From Dipteris shenzhenensis (lineage: Eukaryota), in NCBI GenBank assembly GCA_047967505.1, contig CM106538.1: DNA of 64,000 nucleotides, one strand, 5' to 3'. Under the pieces are notes generated by a model. It saw only the letters and a list, made by a program, of their open reading frames with translations, made no database searches and was not told the DNA's origin. Made by a program: the position numbers and the translations under genes. Shown here piece by piece: positions 63,400 through 64,000 of the stretch. How positions within the stretch are numbered: position 1 is the stretch's first letter; each line of letters starts with the position of its first letter.

Positions 63400-63845
63400 T
63401 ACAAATTTGAAGAAGCTAAATGAGATAAAAATTTGCTAGAAGGAAGAGAAGAAGATGGTGAAGGATATCAACCATGCCCTTAATAAAAAAGAACCCCTGC
63501 GGTCATCAAATAAATTTGAAGAAGCCGAATGAGCCAATAGTTTGCTAGAAGGAAGAGAAGAAGATGGTGAAGGAGATCAACCATGCCCTTAATAAAAAAG
63601 AACCCATTGTAAAGATATGGGAAACACTAAGTCCCAAAATGGGGAGCCAGAGTGCAGCTAGAGGAATGAAGGCAAGAACAAATTATAAAGCAAAGATAGG
63701 GCAAGAACAAATTATAAAGCAAAGATATGGGAAACACTAAGTCCCAAAATGAGGAGCCAAAGTATAGCTAGAGGAATGAAGGCAAGAACAAATTATAAAG
63801 CAAGAACAGGGCAAGAACAAATTATAAAGCAAAGACAAGGCAAAA
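63400..63845. repeat. Two adjacent ~110-bp tandem duplications with ~29-bp subrepeats
   Basis: aaatttgaagaagc...taataaaaaagaaccc twice; aaagatatgggaaacactaagtccc twice; ggcaagaacaaattataaagcaa four times. Confidence 0.85.
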
Positions 63846-64000
63846 TGCATTCTAGTAGTTTAGAATCAAGTCAATAGAACCTGAGAGAAAATTCAAGTAC
63901 TTAATGTGATGATTTCAATTGGACAATTATGGATCTTGATTCCCTTTACATGAAGCTTTGCCAAAACCTCACAATCAATGAGCAATCTATAGCAAATCCA

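Overview
Gene-free, transposon-saturated eukaryotic DNA. It is clearly a land plant, and the Ty3/Gypsy, Ty1/Copia and CACTA families look fern- or seed-free-plant-like (taxon is inference only). No intact host gene, RNA gene or CRISPR array is visible. Reconstructed architecture: (1) a young non-coding LTR element at 1-2851; (2) LTR element A (7129-44321, TSD TTTAC/TTTAC), containing a nested decayed Gypsy G (about 8560-16026); (3) a 25.6-kb block (18100-43688) inside A's right LTR that is circularly permuted, since it starts with the C-half of a Gypsy gag and ends with the N-half of the same gag, and both the gag and the LTR minisatellite rejoin almost seamlessly. The block holds Gypsy B, Copia C, Copia E, a short-LTR fragment and an intron-rich CACTA; (4) Copia F (46279-51571), inserted in an older element with an accessory ORF; (5) gag/protease relics and many 50-300 bp tandem duplications. 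Most notable: Gypsy B has a catalytically eroded pol RNase H but a separate archaeal-type RNase H ORF upstream of gag; the permuted block looks like a re-integrated DNA circle; and a ~0.7-kb non-coding module lies next to gag in two Copia elements in opposite orientations.
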